Of a stretch of DNA of 64,000 bases, positions 46,926-57,663 are shown piece by piece; position 1 is the first letter of the stretch, and each line of letters opens with the position of its first letter. The translations under genes were made by a program, and so were the position numbers. The stretch is from a virus (lineage: Duplodnaviria > Heunggongvirae > Uroviricota > Caudoviricetes): the IMG/VR virus record IMGVR_UViG_2718217807_000001. One strand, written 5' to 3'. The notes beneath the pieces were generated by a model, which saw only the letters and a list, made by a program, of their open reading frames with translations, had not been told where the DNA came from and ran no database searches.

Positions 46926-48043
46926 AGCTTCAGGCTGTTGCTAAGGATCTCAATAAGCCTAATATTCTCGGGGGTCAGGTCCTTGGAAAGCTCAGCTATC
47001 TTATTGATAAGATTCTGCTTAGTGTCCGAATTACCTTCCACTGGAGGCTTCTCTTTAGGTGGTTCATCAGGCTTGCCACCAGTGACTTTCAGCTTCGGAT
47101 TTCGGTTATGAATTTGGATATAGACAGACCGGCCACGCTTGATCTCGCTGTAGTCGAGATACCCAAGTTCCTGGAGAGACTTGAGGCCATTTCGGATCGT
47201 CTGATTTTGGGAGCTAACGTTGTTCGAACTCAGATTGAGTCTGGCTCTTAGCCTCGCTAGGGAGATGGGGGCCGGCTTTGTTGGGAGACTTTCGATGAAC
47301 GTATACAGCGCCTGGGCCGTCTCCTTACGCGGGAGTTTGTTTATGACCTTCAGTTGCAGGAGCACCTTATGGTCGAACCTATACAGCTCTGACAGCTTAG
47401 GCTCGGCCTGAAAAATGATGGTGTCTTTCTTCTCGTTGTAATCAACGCTGTTTATGAGGTGCATCATCAGGAGCGAGATCTTATTCGAGCCGTCGACGTT
47501 CTTCTCTTCATACGTGCGCTGGAAGGAAAGCGTCGTCCGCATTATTTTCAGAAGGCTATTTGTGAGCCTGTCACGTAATGTTTTGCGGATTTGCGATGAA
47601 GGATAGCCGCAGAATTTTGCAAACTTCGTAATGCTCAACTCCACGCGCCCACTGGCCTCGCCGTATTCAGCTAAAGAACGAACCACCCCAACCCATGTTT
47701 TGAAGTCGTGATCCATGTCCAGTCTGGGGCCGGTGATTTTGATGTCGGCATAACCTTCGGAACGAGCGACTTCCAGCTGAACCAGCTCTTTCGAGGCGTC
47801 TATCTCATTCGACTTGTTTCGTTTACTATTCCTTGTGCCTTTTAGTGTCGGGACAAATAAACCAAGTCGCATTAACGCGATAGGTTGAACTGTGTTGTTG
47901 CTATTGGGGGTCAGATCGCCTGTATAAAGTTTGAGAGAGCCTTCATCAAGGTCATCTGGCTCTGTGGATGAGTCCACATCAAAGATCTCATTTTCTGAAT
48001 CTTCAGCTATGTTTTTTCTGCCTTTTTTCTTGGCTGTGGACAT
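46919..48043 (-). CDS. repA: Plasmid replication initiator (RepA, iteron-binding)
   Basis: 374-aa ORF bracketed by iteron arrays, which is the layout of iteron-controlled plasmid replicons. Confidence 0.6.
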   Translation of the reverse strand: MSTAKKKGRKNIAEDSENEIFDVDSSTEPDDLDEGSLKLYTGDLTPNSNNTVQPIALMRLGLFVPTLKGTRNSKRNKSNEIDASKELVQLEVARSEGYADIKITGPRLDMDHDFKTWVGVVRSLAEYGEASGRVELSITKFAKFCGYPSSQIRKTLRDRLTNSLLKIMRTTLSFQRTYEEKNVDGSNKISLLMMHLINSVDYNEKKDTIIFQAEPKLSELYRFDHKVLLQLKVINKLPRKETAQALYTFIESLPTKPAPISLARLRARLNLSSNNVSSQNQTIRNGLKSLQELGYLDYSEIKRGRSVYIQIHNRNPKLKVTGGKPDEPPKEKPPVEGNSDTKQNLINKIAELSKDLTPENIRLIEILSNSLKLV

Positions 48044-48062
48044 GTGGATACCTCTTCAGATC

Positions 48063-48175
48063 TACCGCTGACAGCATACACGGCTTACCGCTGACAGCAT
48101 GTGTTTTACTGGTGACAGCATACAGTAAACCGCTAGCAGCATATAGTAAACCGTCGACAGCATACGAGAACATGC
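48063..48175. repeat. Iteron array (5 copies at ~22-bp spacing), incC/origin-like, upstream of repA
   Basis: ACCGCTGACAGCATAC, TACCGCTGACAGCATG, CTGGTGACAGCATAC, CCGCTAGCAGCATAT, CCGTCGACAGCATAC. Confidence 0.75.
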
Positions 48176-48205
48176 TCTCAGACCAGATACAGCGCGGCTC
48201 TCAGC

Positions 48206-48291
48206 GATCGGGGATCTATTTAGGATCTGCTTATGATCTCATTATGATCTTACTTATTGGGATCTATCCGGTTGATATGTGGATAACTTTT
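48206..48291. promoter_or_regulatory. Origin region: cluster of 7 GATC (Dam) sites plus a perfect DnaA box TGTGGATAA (48278-48286). A second near-consensus box lies at 48043-48051.
   Basis: GATC at 48206, 48213, 48224, 48235, 48246 and 48261. AT-rich. Confidence 0.6.
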
Positions 48292-48361
48292 TTCAGGCTA
48301 TTTTCAACCTCAGCCTGAAATTTGGTTTAGTGTGATAAAAAAGTACAAGGCCACAATAACA

Positions 48362-49009
48362 ATGGATATCAAACAGTCACGCTACATCAGAAGGCTAGAG
48401 GATGGGACTTACACCATCAAGCCTGATTCAAAACTGGCCGCGTCAAAGGAGATGTGTGACGTTTGCGGCATAAAGACCGCCTGCCCAATTTACAAGACCC
48501 GGTCATCACTACTGAAGCAAGGCGCGTCGTTCGAAATTAACACCTGTGCTCGATACGTTCCGCTAATCTCGTTTAGAAAGCCTTACCTGGGGTTGAAAGA
48601 CGCCTACTTCAATACGATGCGAAGCGGTGTCACATGGGTAAATCGCGTCAGCGAAAACTCCATTGTCTGCCTAGTTGGCGCAGAAGACGGTGAGATAATC
48701 CGTTTTGCTCGTGTCGCTAAAGTCTTTTCAGGTCCCGTCGAGGATATGCTGAGGAAGCACGCCAGGTTCAATCACCTGTGCGTAGGCGGCAAAAAGCAGG
48801 AAGATGTCAGAACAGTGATTAAGAAGTCATACGGACATTTCCTGAAAGACGACAGCACGCTAACCGCCATCTATCTTAAAAGCCTGAAATACGAATACGA
48901 TTGGGAGTATCACACTGATGAAGAGATCAGGATGATGGAAGACGTAACCCCGCCAGATAACGTTGTCAGCCTCGGCGAACTTAGACGCCGCTTCGAATCA
49001 AAGATATAA
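48362..49009 (+). CDS. Hypothetical protein
   Basis: About 215-aa ORF next to the replicon. Confidence 0.4.
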   Translation: MDIKQSRYIRRLEDGTYTIKPDSKLAASKEMCDVCGIKTACPIYKTRSSLLKQGASFEINTCARYVPLISFRKPYLGLKDAYFNTMRSGVTWVNRVSENSIVCLVGAEDGEIIRFARVAKVFSGPVEDMLRKHARFNHLCVGGKKQEDVRTVIKKSYGHFLKDDSTLTAIYLKSLKYEYDWEYHTDEEIRMMEDVTPPDNVVSLGELRRRFESKI

Positions 49010-49245
49010 CGCCAATTTAAGCCCCCTCTACGTCGCTCTGAGGGGCTTTCAGCCATAAACCACACATTCACTTAAACCTAAAGCACTGACCTCTCAGAAA
49101 GCGTCTGACGCCCTCTTGTGTTTTCGTACAATCAAAATTAAATAAGTAATTACTTACTATTTGGTGTTTAATATGTGCCTTGTGAAGTTGCTTGGTGGCC
49201 TGTTAACCCACTCTATCATCGAATAAAACAACGACAGGAAAACAC

Positions 49246-50331
49246 ATGAAAACGATCTACGGTGTGATCTCCGATCCGCACTATCATAGCTGGTCTGCTT
49301 TTTCGACGATCAGCGTAAACGGTTTAAATTCACGTCTCAAAATCCAGCTCGAAGCTACCATCGAAGCGGCGAAAGCCATTAAAGCATCTGGTGCGAAATA
49401 CATGCTGGTGGCTGGTGACACGTTCCACACGCGCGGCTCTATCACCCCGACAGTCCTTCACTTTGTAACTGAAGCATACAAAGAGATCATCAACGAAATT
49501 GGCCTGGAAGTCTGGATGCTGGCCGGTAATCATGATCTGGAAACAAACGACTCAGTATTCTCCGCAAATGCTGCGGCGTCATTGCAGTCTATCGGCGTCA
49601 ATATTGTTTGTGGACCTGCCCAAAGCCTCAAAATCGATGACGTGACCGTCCACTTTATCAGCTGGCGTAACAGCCATGCTGAGCTTCTGGCCGACATGAA
49701 AGCGTTGCGTGAAAAAGCTGGCGACGGTATTCACGACATCGTGATCCACACCGGAATTAACAAGGCGATTCCGACGATGCCTGATGTGGGAATTGAGGCT
49801 AACGACCTGAAAGAGCTGGGCTACCGTCTGGTGCTGTCTGGTCACTACCACAACCACAAAGAAATCATCCCTGGCGTTGTATCCGTTGGCGCTCTGACGC
49901 ACCAGAATTGGGGCGACGTAGGGACGTTGGCTGGTTACATGCTGGTCAATGAGGATGCCTCTTTCACTCATCACGAAACGAAAGCACCGAAGTTCGTCTC
50001 TCTCGAAGGTGATGTCACTGAAGATGAGATCCGCGGCAACTACATTCGCTATCGCGCTGTGATTGAGGACGAAAACGAAGGCATCCAGATCAAAGAGCAA
50101 TTGGTGACGCTGGGCGCTGCCGGCGTTGTGACGAATCTCATCAAAAAAGCATCAATGATGGCCGGCACTGCCAGCACTGAGTCCACCAGCAAAATTGACA
50201 GCTTGTCTGAGTCCATTAGTGCCTATTGCAAGGTTGTTCACGACACTGACGGCGGTTTCGATCTATCAAAACTCGACTCACTGTGTAGCGAAATTCTCTT
50301 AGAAGCGGAAAGCGCGGGGGCGTCTGAATGA
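49246..50331 (+). CDS. sbcD: SbcD/Mre11-family nuclease
   Basis: Calcineurin-like phosphoesterase motifs: DPH, GDTFH, GNHD, GHYH. Confidence 0.8.
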   Translation: MKTIYGVISDPHYHSWSAFSTISVNGLNSRLKIQLEATIEAAKAIKASGAKYMLVAGDTFHTRGSITPTVLHFVTEAYKEIINEIGLEVWMLAGNHDLETNDSVFSANAAASLQSIGVNIVCGPAQSLKIDDVTVHFISWRNSHAELLADMKALREKAGDGIHDIVIHTGINKAIPTMPDVGIEANDLKELGYRLVLSGHYHNHKEIIPGVVSVGALTHQNWGDVGTLAGYMLVNEDASFTHHETKAPKFVSLEGDVTEDEIRGNYIRYRAVIEDENEGIQIKEQLVTLGAAGVVTNLIKKASMMAGTASTESTSKIDSLSESISAYCKVVHDTDGGFDLSKLDSLCSEILLEAESAGASE

Positions 50332-52244
50332 AATTCCTGAACCTGAAAGTAGAAAACTTCATGGTCATCGCCGACGCCAGCGTCGATCTCGACAGTCGCG
50401 GTCTTGTGCTGGTTCAGGGCATCAACTCTGCTGACTCCAGCGCTGCCAGCAATGGCGCCGGTAAATCAACGCTGATGAATGCGCTAATGTGGTGCCTGTA
50501 TGGTGAGACAGCGACCGGCTACAAGGGCGACGATGTCCTGAACTCCACCACACCAAAGAACTGCCGCGTGGCTGTGACGATTGAGGATGAGGGCCGAACT
50601 TATGCGGTGATCCGCCATCGCGCTCACAAGGAGTTCAAGAACCGCCTCATCGTTCGCAGTGAAGATGGTGATCTGACGAAGGGCAAAGACACGCTGACAC
50701 AGACACTGGTAGAGCGCCTGATCGGCTCGTCGAAGGAGGTGTTTATGGCTTCCATCTATGCCAGTCAGGAAGCGATGCCGGATTTGCCAGGTATGACGGA
50801 CAAGAATTTAAAGGGCATTGTCGAAGAAGCGGCCGGCATCGACCGTCTGACTAAGGCTTATACAATTGCTCGCGACAGAGCGAACGCGATGACGGCACGT
50901 TTGGATCGAGCGACTGCTCAGGCTGATAACGCTGTTTCGTTAATCACTTCCACGGAGTCGGAGATCGAGACAAGCAGCGCGGCCGTGTCGAGCTGGGAGA
51001 AGACCAGGATAGAACGTCTATCGGCGGCGCGTGTTTACGCGAACGAAATGGAGGTGAAAGTAACTGAGGTCAGCATGGAGCTGTCCGACATACCTCTTAC
51101 GATAAAAACGATTGAGAATAAGATCACGGATGAAAAGAAAAAACTATCAGGTCGGACTGAACATGATAAGAAAGTTCAGGCAGCGAACACAATGGTGGCT
51201 GATGCAGCGGCGGAGATCCGAGCGACAGAAGCAGCCCGAGACAAAGCCGTCAGCGCAGCCAAAAGAGCCAAGCTCAACGCAGACAACGTAAGTTCCAGTG
51301 TCGGGAAGCCATGCTTAACGTGCGGCAAGCCATACACCAGCGATGATCTATCACACGTTCACGACACTCATGCTGGTGAAGTCCGCAAGCAGGTCGATGA
51401 GGCCAAATCACTGACTGCTGACTTAGCGGCCAAAAAAGAACGTTACGATAAAATGGTCGCACTGCGTGACAGACTTGTTGAGTCGACACCGGACGTCTCC
51501 GCAATCACTGAGCGCATCTCTGGGCTTACCCGCGAGCTGGGTGATGTGAAGTCACGTCAGATTGAAATAAAAGCGGCAGAGAGCGCCCTGCAGCGTGCTA
51601 ATGCGCAAGTCTTGTCTATTTCCGAAGAGAGCAATCCGCATAACGCGGCCGTTCAGCGACATCGCGAAAATCTGGCTACGCACAAAGATAAGCTGAAAGA
51701 GATCCGCCGCGAAATCGAAGGAATGAAGGATCAGGCGCTACTGCTTGAGAAAGCGCGTCAGGTTTACTCGCCATCTGGCGTCCGCTCCCACGTTCTGACG
51801 GCGGTGACGCCATTCTTGAATGACAAAACAGCCGAGTATCTGAGCACGATGTCAGACGGCAATATCACTGCGGTCTGGTCGACAATGGATACCACCAAGA
51901 AAGGCGAGATCCGCGACAAATTCAACATTGCCGTCGAGAAAATCGGTTTCAGCAAAGACTTCCGTGGTTTGTCCGGTGGTGAAAAGCGAAAAGTCCGTTT
52001 GGCGTGTGCGCTGGCGCTTCAGGACATGGTTGCTAACCGTGCCAGCAAAAGCATTCAGCTGTTTATCGGTGACGAGATTGATGATGCACTGGATCAGGCT
52101 GGGCTTGAGCGTTTGATGGGTATTCTGGAAGCGAAGGCGCGTGAGCGTGGCACGGTGATGATCGTCTCTCACAAAGAGATGAAGTCGTGGTTCCGCGAAA
52201 CGGTAACGCTGGAAGTGAAAGAGGGCCGCAGTTATGTCGTCTAA
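50328..52244 (+). CDS. sbcC: SbcC/Rad50-family ATPase
   Basis: Walker A SNGAGKST. CxxC zinc hook CLTCGKP within a central coiled coil. ABC signature LSGGEKRK. Walker B LFIGDEIDD. Confidence 0.8.
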   Translation: MKFLNLKVENFMVIADASVDLDSRGLVLVQGINSADSSAASNGAGKSTLMNALMWCLYGETATGYKGDDVLNSTTPKNCRVAVTIEDEGRTYAVIRHRAHKEFKNRLIVRSEDGDLTKGKDTLTQTLVERLIGSSKEVFMASIYASQEAMPDLPGMTDKNLKGIVEEAAGIDRLTKAYTIARDRANAMTARLDRATAQADNAVSLITSTESEIETSSAAVSSWEKTRIERLSAARVYANEMEVKVTEVSMELSDIPLTIKTIENKITDEKKKLSGRTEHDKKVQAANTMVADAAAEIRATEAARDKAVSAAKRAKLNADNVSSSVGKPCLTCGKPYTSDDLSHVHDTHAGEVRKQVDEAKSLTADLAAKKERYDKMVALRDRLVESTPDVSAITERISGLTRELGDVKSRQIEIKAAESALQRANAQVLSISEESNPHNAAVQRHRENLATHKDKLKEIRREIEGMKDQALLLEKARQVYSPSGVRSHVLTAVTPFLNDKTAEYLSTMSDGNITAVWSTMDTTKKGEIRDKFNIAVEKIGFSKDFRGLSGGEKRKVRLACALALQDMVANRASKSIQLFIGDEIDDALDQAGLERLMGILEAKARERGTVMIVSHKEMKSWFRETVTLEVKEGRSYVV

Positions 52245-52932
52245 GCTGACTGGCAATCAGTTTGGTCAGATTGCTACCTGTGTTGCAGCTGCACGACACA
52301 TGGCCGTTCGTTTTGGCGGTAATGTGGATTTTGGCTCTTTCGATAGCCATTACAAAGATGCAGTAACGCGCCAGCGTCTCATTGAAGGGAGTGAAGCTCT
52401 GTTCGATGCACAGCGCGGCGGTAGCTGTGAGCTGTGTTATCTGGGTAACGTATTTGGCCCAGACCACTTGGGGAGAGGTGTGATTATGTCGTCCAATGAG
52501 GATAATGAAATCACCTTCCACGCCACTGAGTCCGGGAAAGCGACTGATCGCGTTCAGCATATGAGCGCCAGACTTGCTGTTCGTCGCGTTCAAGGTGAAA
52601 TGGCGCGATATGGAAAACGAGACAAATCCAGACCATTCAGAAAGGTTGAAATGCCAGTGACACTGATGGGTGAAGGCACTTTGTATTTTGGTATTTGTTT
52701 CGATGATGAGGTGAAGACAGGCTTCATTGTGACGACCGCTGAACCGAGCGACGCAAAAGATAGCCTGCAGTACGCCACCGATGTCATGAAAAAACTCGCT
52801 GATGCCATCACTGAAGTCTGGCCTACTGTGATCAATGGCTTTTTCGAAAGCCAGCCAGCTGAAGGCGTTCTGGATGAGTTCAGTGGAATTAGGGAACTTA
52901 GAAAATCAAACCCTCTGTGGGGTTCGTGGTAA
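52234..52932 (+). CDS. Hypothetical protein ending in NPLWGSW
   Basis: 232 aa. Its C-terminal heptapeptide and the underlying DNA are shared with the 17437-18345 gene. Confidence 0.45.
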   Translation: MSSKLTGNQFGQIATCVAAARHMAVRFGGNVDFGSFDSHYKDAVTRQRLIEGSEALFDAQRGGSCELCYLGNVFGPDHLGRGVIMSSNEDNEITFHATESGKATDRVQHMSARLAVRRVQGEMARYGKRDKSRPFRKVEMPVTLMGEGTLYFGICFDDEVKTGFIVTTAEPSDAKDSLQYATDVMKKLADAITEVWPTVINGFFESQPAEGVLDEFSGIRELRKSNPLWGSW

Positions 52933-52948
52933 TAACAAAGGAAAGCAC

Positions 52949-53521
52949 ATGAGTAGTAAAATTATTCGATTTGCAGGTTTTGACCCTAGTCTGCGTAATT
53001 TTGGGGTCGTCACCGGTCTGCTGAACCTGGATACATCCAGAATTAGCGAGGTGGAGATAAAGTTAATTGAAACTGAGGCCACTGCGTCAAAGAAAACAGT
53101 CCGTACCAACAGTGATGATCTGCGACGGGCTAACGAGCTGTGGCGCGGCATAAAGCCCATCGTCGATAGCGTGAATATCGTCTTTGCTGAGCTGCCTGTT
53201 GGTAGCCAGTCATCTCGTGCGCAAACCTCATATGGTCTGTGCCTGGGGGTTCTGGCTTGTATCGATAAACCTATTATTCAGTTGACTCCTAATGACATCA
53301 AAATGCACATTGGCGGAAAAAAAGACACCTCCAAAAACACCATCATCGAGTGGGCTGTATCTAAACACCCGGACGCTGGTTGGTTTACGAAAAAGACTAA
53401 AGGTGAAGTAAGTCTTTTAGCTAAAAACGAACACCCAGCCGACGCACTGGCCGCTGTCTATACCGGTTTGGAAACTGACCAGTATCGCCAAGCCGTATCA
53501 ATGATGAGGGCTTTCTTTTAA
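52949..53521 (+). CDS. RuvC-like Holliday-junction resolvase
   Basis: N-terminal IRFAGFDPSLRNFG (RuvC-like DxS/G motif). C-terminal EHPADALAAVYTG (RuvC-like D-A-x-A). Confidence 0.5.
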   Translation: MSSKIIRFAGFDPSLRNFGVVTGLLNLDTSRISEVEIKLIETEATASKKTVRTNSDDLRRANELWRGIKPIVDSVNIVFAELPVGSQSSRAQTSYGLCLGVLACIDKPIIQLTPNDIKMHIGGKKDTSKNTIIEWAVSKHPDAGWFTKKTKGEVSLLAKNEHPADALAAVYTGLETDQYRQAVSMMRAFF

Positions 53522-53563
53522 CTTCACTCGTATTGATAAGTAAGGGTTTACTTATTACTATAG

Positions 53564-53589
53564 GCCACTACATTTAGTGGCCTTTTTTA
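53564..53589 (+). terminator. Rho-independent terminator
   Basis: GGCCACTA-CATT-TAGTGGCC followed by TTTTTTAT. Confidence 0.65.
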
Positions 53590-53603
53590 TTTCGGACAAC
53601 AAC

Positions 53604-55934
53604 ATGATTCAAATTACCAAACGGAACGGCAGCGCAGAGCCACTGTGCGAAGAGAAGTATAACCGTGTCGTCTTATGGGCGACGGATGGTATCGAAGGCG
53701 TAAGCGCCTCCGCAATCGCCATGGGAGCGGCGGCAAGTATCGTTAATGGGATGGCCACCAGCCAGGTGCATGACGCACTGATCAAAGCTGCTGCTGATCT
53801 CATTAGCGCTGACAATCCGAATTACAGCAAAGTTGCTGCACGCCTGGCCATCTTCAAGATCCGCAAAGATGCCCATGGCCAGTACGAATACCCGGACTTC
53901 TACGAACATATCCTGAAGAACGTTACCCGCGGCGTTTATGACCGCGAACTCATGGACAAATACAGCTGCGAAGAAATCAACCAGCTGGGTGTTTACATGA
54001 GACCTGAGCGTGATGACAAGTTTGGTTATGCGGCCACCACTCAGCTGCGTGGCAAATATTTGGTTCAACACCGAGTGAACGGGGAAGTTTATGAGTCACC
54101 TCAACATATCTACATGCTGGTGGGCATGTGTCTATATCAGAGCTGGGTTGATGGCGATATGGGCAAAACCCGCCTGGAAATGGTCAAGGGCTTCTACGAC
54201 GTCACCAGTACGTTTAAGTTGTCGCTTCCTACTCCGATTATGGCTGGCGTCCGCACCCCTACTCGTCAGTTCTCCAGCTGCGTTCTGATTGAATCTGGCG
54301 ACTCGCTGAAGTCAATCAACGCAACCACTGCGGCTATCGTCGAGTACATTTCTCAGCGTGCCGGCATTGGCGTTAACTTCGGATCTCTTCGTGCGCTGGG
54401 CAGTCCGATCCGCAACGGTGAAGCGACGCATACCGGTGTCATTCCATTCCTGAAGCTATTCCAGGCGGCGGTGAAGTCCTGCTCTCAAGGCGGTGTTCGT
54501 GGCGGCGCAGCAACGGCGTACTACCCGCTATGGCACCTCGAAACAAACAGCCTGCTGGTGCTGAAGAACAACCGCGGCGTTGAAAGCAATCGCGTGCGTC
54601 ACATGGATTACGGTGTCGAGCTGAACCGTCTCATGTATCGTCGTCTTCTGGAAGGTGGCAAGATCACGCTGTTTAGTCCTCATGACGTTCCTGGGTTACT
54701 GGATGCGTTCTATGCCAATCAGGACGAATTTGACCGTCTGTATGTTCAGTACGAGAACGACCCGTCCATTCGTAAAGAGTCAGTCCCTGCGGTCGACCTG
54801 TTCTCTTCTCTGATGCAGGAGCGAGCATCCACCGGCCGCATTTACATCGCGAACATTGACCACATGAATACGCATGGCGCGTTCGATGAAGCGGTTGCCC
54901 CGATTAAGCAGTCAAACCTCTGCGCTGAAATCGCTCTACCAACGAAGCCACTCGCCTTCACTGACGATCCGAACGGTGAAATTGCCCTTTGCACGTTGTC
55001 CGCGTTCAACCTCGGTGCGCTGGAGTCACTGGACGATCTGGAAGAAGTCGCCTTCTATGCTGTATCTGCGCTGGATTGTCTGTTGGATTACCAGAATTAC
55101 CCTATGTTGGCAGCGGAGATCCCCGCTAAAGCGCGTCGCAGTCTGGGTGTGGGCGTGACTAACTTCGCTTACTGGTTGGCTAAGAACGGCGTGAAGTATT
55201 CCGGCGTCGACGGCAATAAGCTGGTTCACGAAACGTTCGAAGCGGTCCAATTCTATCTGCTGAAGGCCAGCAATCTGCTTGCAGCACACAAAGGCGCCTG
55301 TGAGTGGTTTGGTCAGACCAAGTATGCAAAAGGTTTGCTGCCTATCGACCATTACCGTAAGCAGCTGGACGCCGCTGATCTGAACGCTAACCACCCTCTT
55401 CTACTGGATTGGGAAAGTCTGCGTACCGATATTGCGACTCACGGTTTGCGCAACTCCACGCTATCAGCGCAGATGCCTTGTGAGACGTCGAGCCAGATCA
55501 CCAACTCCACCAATGGCATTGAGCCATCGCGTGGCCCAGTATCCGTCAAGTCGTCCAAAGATGGTGTCGTGAAAATGGTTGTGCCGGAGTTCTCCCGCAT
55601 CGGTCACCAGTATGAATACCTGTGGGACATTGCTGACAATTTTGGCTACCTGACCAAAGTCGCGATCATGCAGAAATTCATCGACCAGTCGATTTCGGCC
55701 AATACCAACTATGACCCTTCGCGCTTCCAGAGCGGCCGCGTGCCGATGCAGCAAATGCTGACTGATTTGCTGGATGCATACCGCATGGGCGTTAAAACGC
55801 TTTATTACCACAATACCCGCGATGGTGCTGGTGCGCGTGAAGAAGACAAAGTCATACACCAGGCTCATCTCCCAACGTCGCCAGAAGTTATTGAAGAGGA
55901 TGACGACGAGTGCGGGGGCGCCTGCAAGATCTAA
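53604..55934 (+). CDS. nrdA: Ribonucleotide reductase class Ia alpha subunit
   Basis: ATP-cone at the N-terminus. Active-site NLCAEI. C-terminal CGGAC-like tail (DECGGACKI). Confidence 0.9.
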   Translation: MIQITKRNGSAEPLCEEKYNRVVLWATDGIEGVSASAIAMGAAASIVNGMATSQVHDALIKAAADLISADNPNYSKVAARLAIFKIRKDAHGQYEYPDFYEHILKNVTRGVYDRELMDKYSCEEINQLGVYMRPERDDKFGYAATTQLRGKYLVQHRVNGEVYESPQHIYMLVGMCLYQSWVDGDMGKTRLEMVKGFYDVTSTFKLSLPTPIMAGVRTPTRQFSSCVLIESGDSLKSINATTAAIVEYISQRAGIGVNFGSLRALGSPIRNGEATHTGVIPFLKLFQAAVKSCSQGGVRGGAATAYYPLWHLETNSLLVLKNNRGVESNRVRHMDYGVELNRLMYRRLLEGGKITLFSPHDVPGLLDAFYANQDEFDRLYVQYENDPSIRKESVPAVDLFSSLMQERASTGRIYIANIDHMNTHGAFDEAVAPIKQSNLCAEIALPTKPLAFTDDPNGEIALCTLSAFNLGALESLDDLEEVAFYAVSALDCLLDYQNYPMLAAEIPAKARRSLGVGVTNFAYWLAKNGVKYSGVDGNKLVHETFEAVQFYLLKASNLLAAHKGACEWFGQTKYAKGLLPIDHYRKQLDAADLNANHPLLLDWESLRTDIATHGLRNSTLSAQMPCETSSQITNSTNGIEPSRGPVSVKSSKDGVVKMVVPEFSRIGHQYEYLWDIADNFGYLTKVAIMQKFIDQSISANTNYDPSRFQSGRVPMQQMLTDLLDAYRMGVKTLYYHNTRDGAGAREEDKVIHQAHLPTSPEVIEEDDDECGGACKI

Positions 55935-56029
55935 CAAACAGGTGGGCGAAAGCCCACCTCATCTATCTGATTAGTAAGCCTATAAACCCCAATTAACATA
56001 GCTCCACTGATAAACAAAGCGGAATTGAA

Positions 56030-56434
56030 ATGACCATTTACGATCTGTCTGAGTTCGACATTAACAAACGTCTAGCCAATTTATTAGAGTTGGAAGTTCA
56101 GGAAATTGACAACACTCGTTCAACCGGTATGACGGCATGGTATCACCACCACTTTCCTCACACGGTTTGGGTGACAGACCAGGAAACGCCTTGGCGTCAG
56201 TTCTGTGCCACTCGTACATGGGAAGACATCGGTCCGACAATCACTCGCCTGCATATCTCACTGTCACCCGAATCGCATGATGGTCGTGAAGGCACTGAAA
56301 ACTCAGAAAGATGGATGGCCAACGTCTATTACTCAGGCGGTGAAGAGTTCACTACCCAATATGTCGAGCGACCAGAGCTGGCTGCATCCCTCGCTGCGCT
56401 GGTTGCACTAAGCGGCACTGAATTTATTAAATAA
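56030..56434 (+). CDS. Hypothetical protein between nrdA and nrdB
   Basis: 134 aa. Confidence 0.4.
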   Translation: MTIYDLSEFDINKRLANLLELEVQEIDNTRSTGMTAWYHHHFPHTVWVTDQETPWRQFCATRTWEDIGPTITRLHISLSPESHDGREGTENSERWMANVYYSGGEEFTTQYVERPELAASLAALVALSGTEFIK

Positions 56435-56447
56435 CAAAGGAAAATAC

Positions 56448-57590
56448 ATGTCTTATTCAACCTTCCGTCTCGGCGCCAACGATGCGACGAAAGAGCCGAT
56501 GTTCCTCGGCAATTCCGTAAACGTGTCGCGCTACGACATTCAAAAGTACCGTGAGTTTGAAAAGCTGATCGAGAAACAGCTGTCATTCTTCTGGCGCCCG
56601 GAAGAAGTAGACATCTCACAAGACCGTATCGACTTCCAGACGAAGCTGGCCCCGCACGAACGACAGATCTTTATCAACAACCTGCGTTACCAGACACTTC
56701 TGGACAGCGTTCAGGGTCGAAGCCCAAACGTGACTCTTCTGCCGCTGGCCTCTATCCCAGAGCTGGAAACGTGGATCGAGACTTGGTCATTCTCTGAAAC
56801 GATTCATAGCCGCAGCTATACGCATATTATCCGCGGCATGGTGGACGATCCGAGCGTAGTCTTCGACGGTATCGTGACGGACGAGGAAATTATCAGCCGC
56901 GCATCAAGCGTCTCGGCGGAATACGATAAGCTGTATCAGATGATCTGTGCGCGTGAGTATCTCGGTGAGGATGAATTTGAGCGTCTGTATGCAGGAGATT
57001 TCAATGGCTACCCATATCCTATGCATCGCCAGATTTATCGCACCCTCGTCGCTGTGAACGCGCTGGAGGCCATTCGCTTCTATGTCAGCTTTGCGTGTAC
57101 GTTCGCGTTTGGTGAAAGAAAGCTGCTGGAAGGCAACGCAAAAATAATGCGACTGATTGCGCGTGATGAGGCGCTTCACTGCGAAGGCACTGAGCGCATG
57201 ATGCGTAACATCAAAGCCGGTCGCGAAGGGTTGCTCTGGAAGCAGATCGCCGAAGACGAAGAACCGTTCGTCTATCAAACCATGCTCGATGTGGCCGAGC
57301 AGGAAATGCGCTGGGCTGACTACCTGTTTAAAGACGGTTCGATGATTGGTCTGAACGCGAAGATCCTGAAGCAGTACGTTAAATACCGTACCAACCTGGC
57401 CATGCGTCGCCTACACCTCAACCCACTCTTTGACGACGTCACTTCTGATCCGCTGCCGTGGATGAGTAGCTGGTTGTTAACCGACAACGTTCAGGTTGCT
57501 CCGCAAGAGACGGAGATCCCGTCTTATCTGGTTGGGCAGATTGACGCCGCGGTCGACACGTCCTCGCTGGGTGGATTTGGCGACCTGTAA
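56448..57590 (+). CDS. nrdB: Ribonucleotide reductase class Ia beta subunit
   Basis: FFWRPEEVD and [12 protein letters not shown] iron-ligand motifs. Confidence 0.85.
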   Translation: MSYSTFRLGANDATKEPMFLGNSVNVSRYDIQKYREFEKLIEKQLSFFWRPEEVDISQDRIDFQTKLAPHERQIFINNLRYQTLLDSVQGRSPNVTLLPLASIPELETWIETWSFSETIHSRSYTHIIRGMVDDPSVVFDGIVTDEEIISRASSVSAEYDKLYQMICAREYLGEDEFERLYAGDFNGYPYPMHRQIYRTLVAVNALEAIRFYVSFACTFAFGERKLLEGNAKIMRLIARDEALHCEGTERMMRNIKAGREGLLWKQIAEDEEPFVYQTMLDVAEQEMRWADYLFKDGSMIGLNAKILKQYVKYRTNLAMRRLHLNPLFDDVTSDPLPWMSSWLLTDNVQVAPQETEIPSYLVGQIDAAVDTSSLGGFGDL

Positions 57591-57663
57591 ACCTTGCTTT
57601 TTATCTTTGTGGCCTAGGTTGCTGGGTCACAATGAACGAATCGAAACGAACGGAATTATAAAA

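Noticed and set aside
46650-48180. Repeat arrays as a possible CRISPR locus, and the + strand ORFs 46703-47251 and 47968-48318
   Set aside because: The repeats are 14-16 bp at ~22-bp spacing without unique spacers and flank a Rep initiator. They are iterons. The ORFs are read-throughs of repeat DNA.
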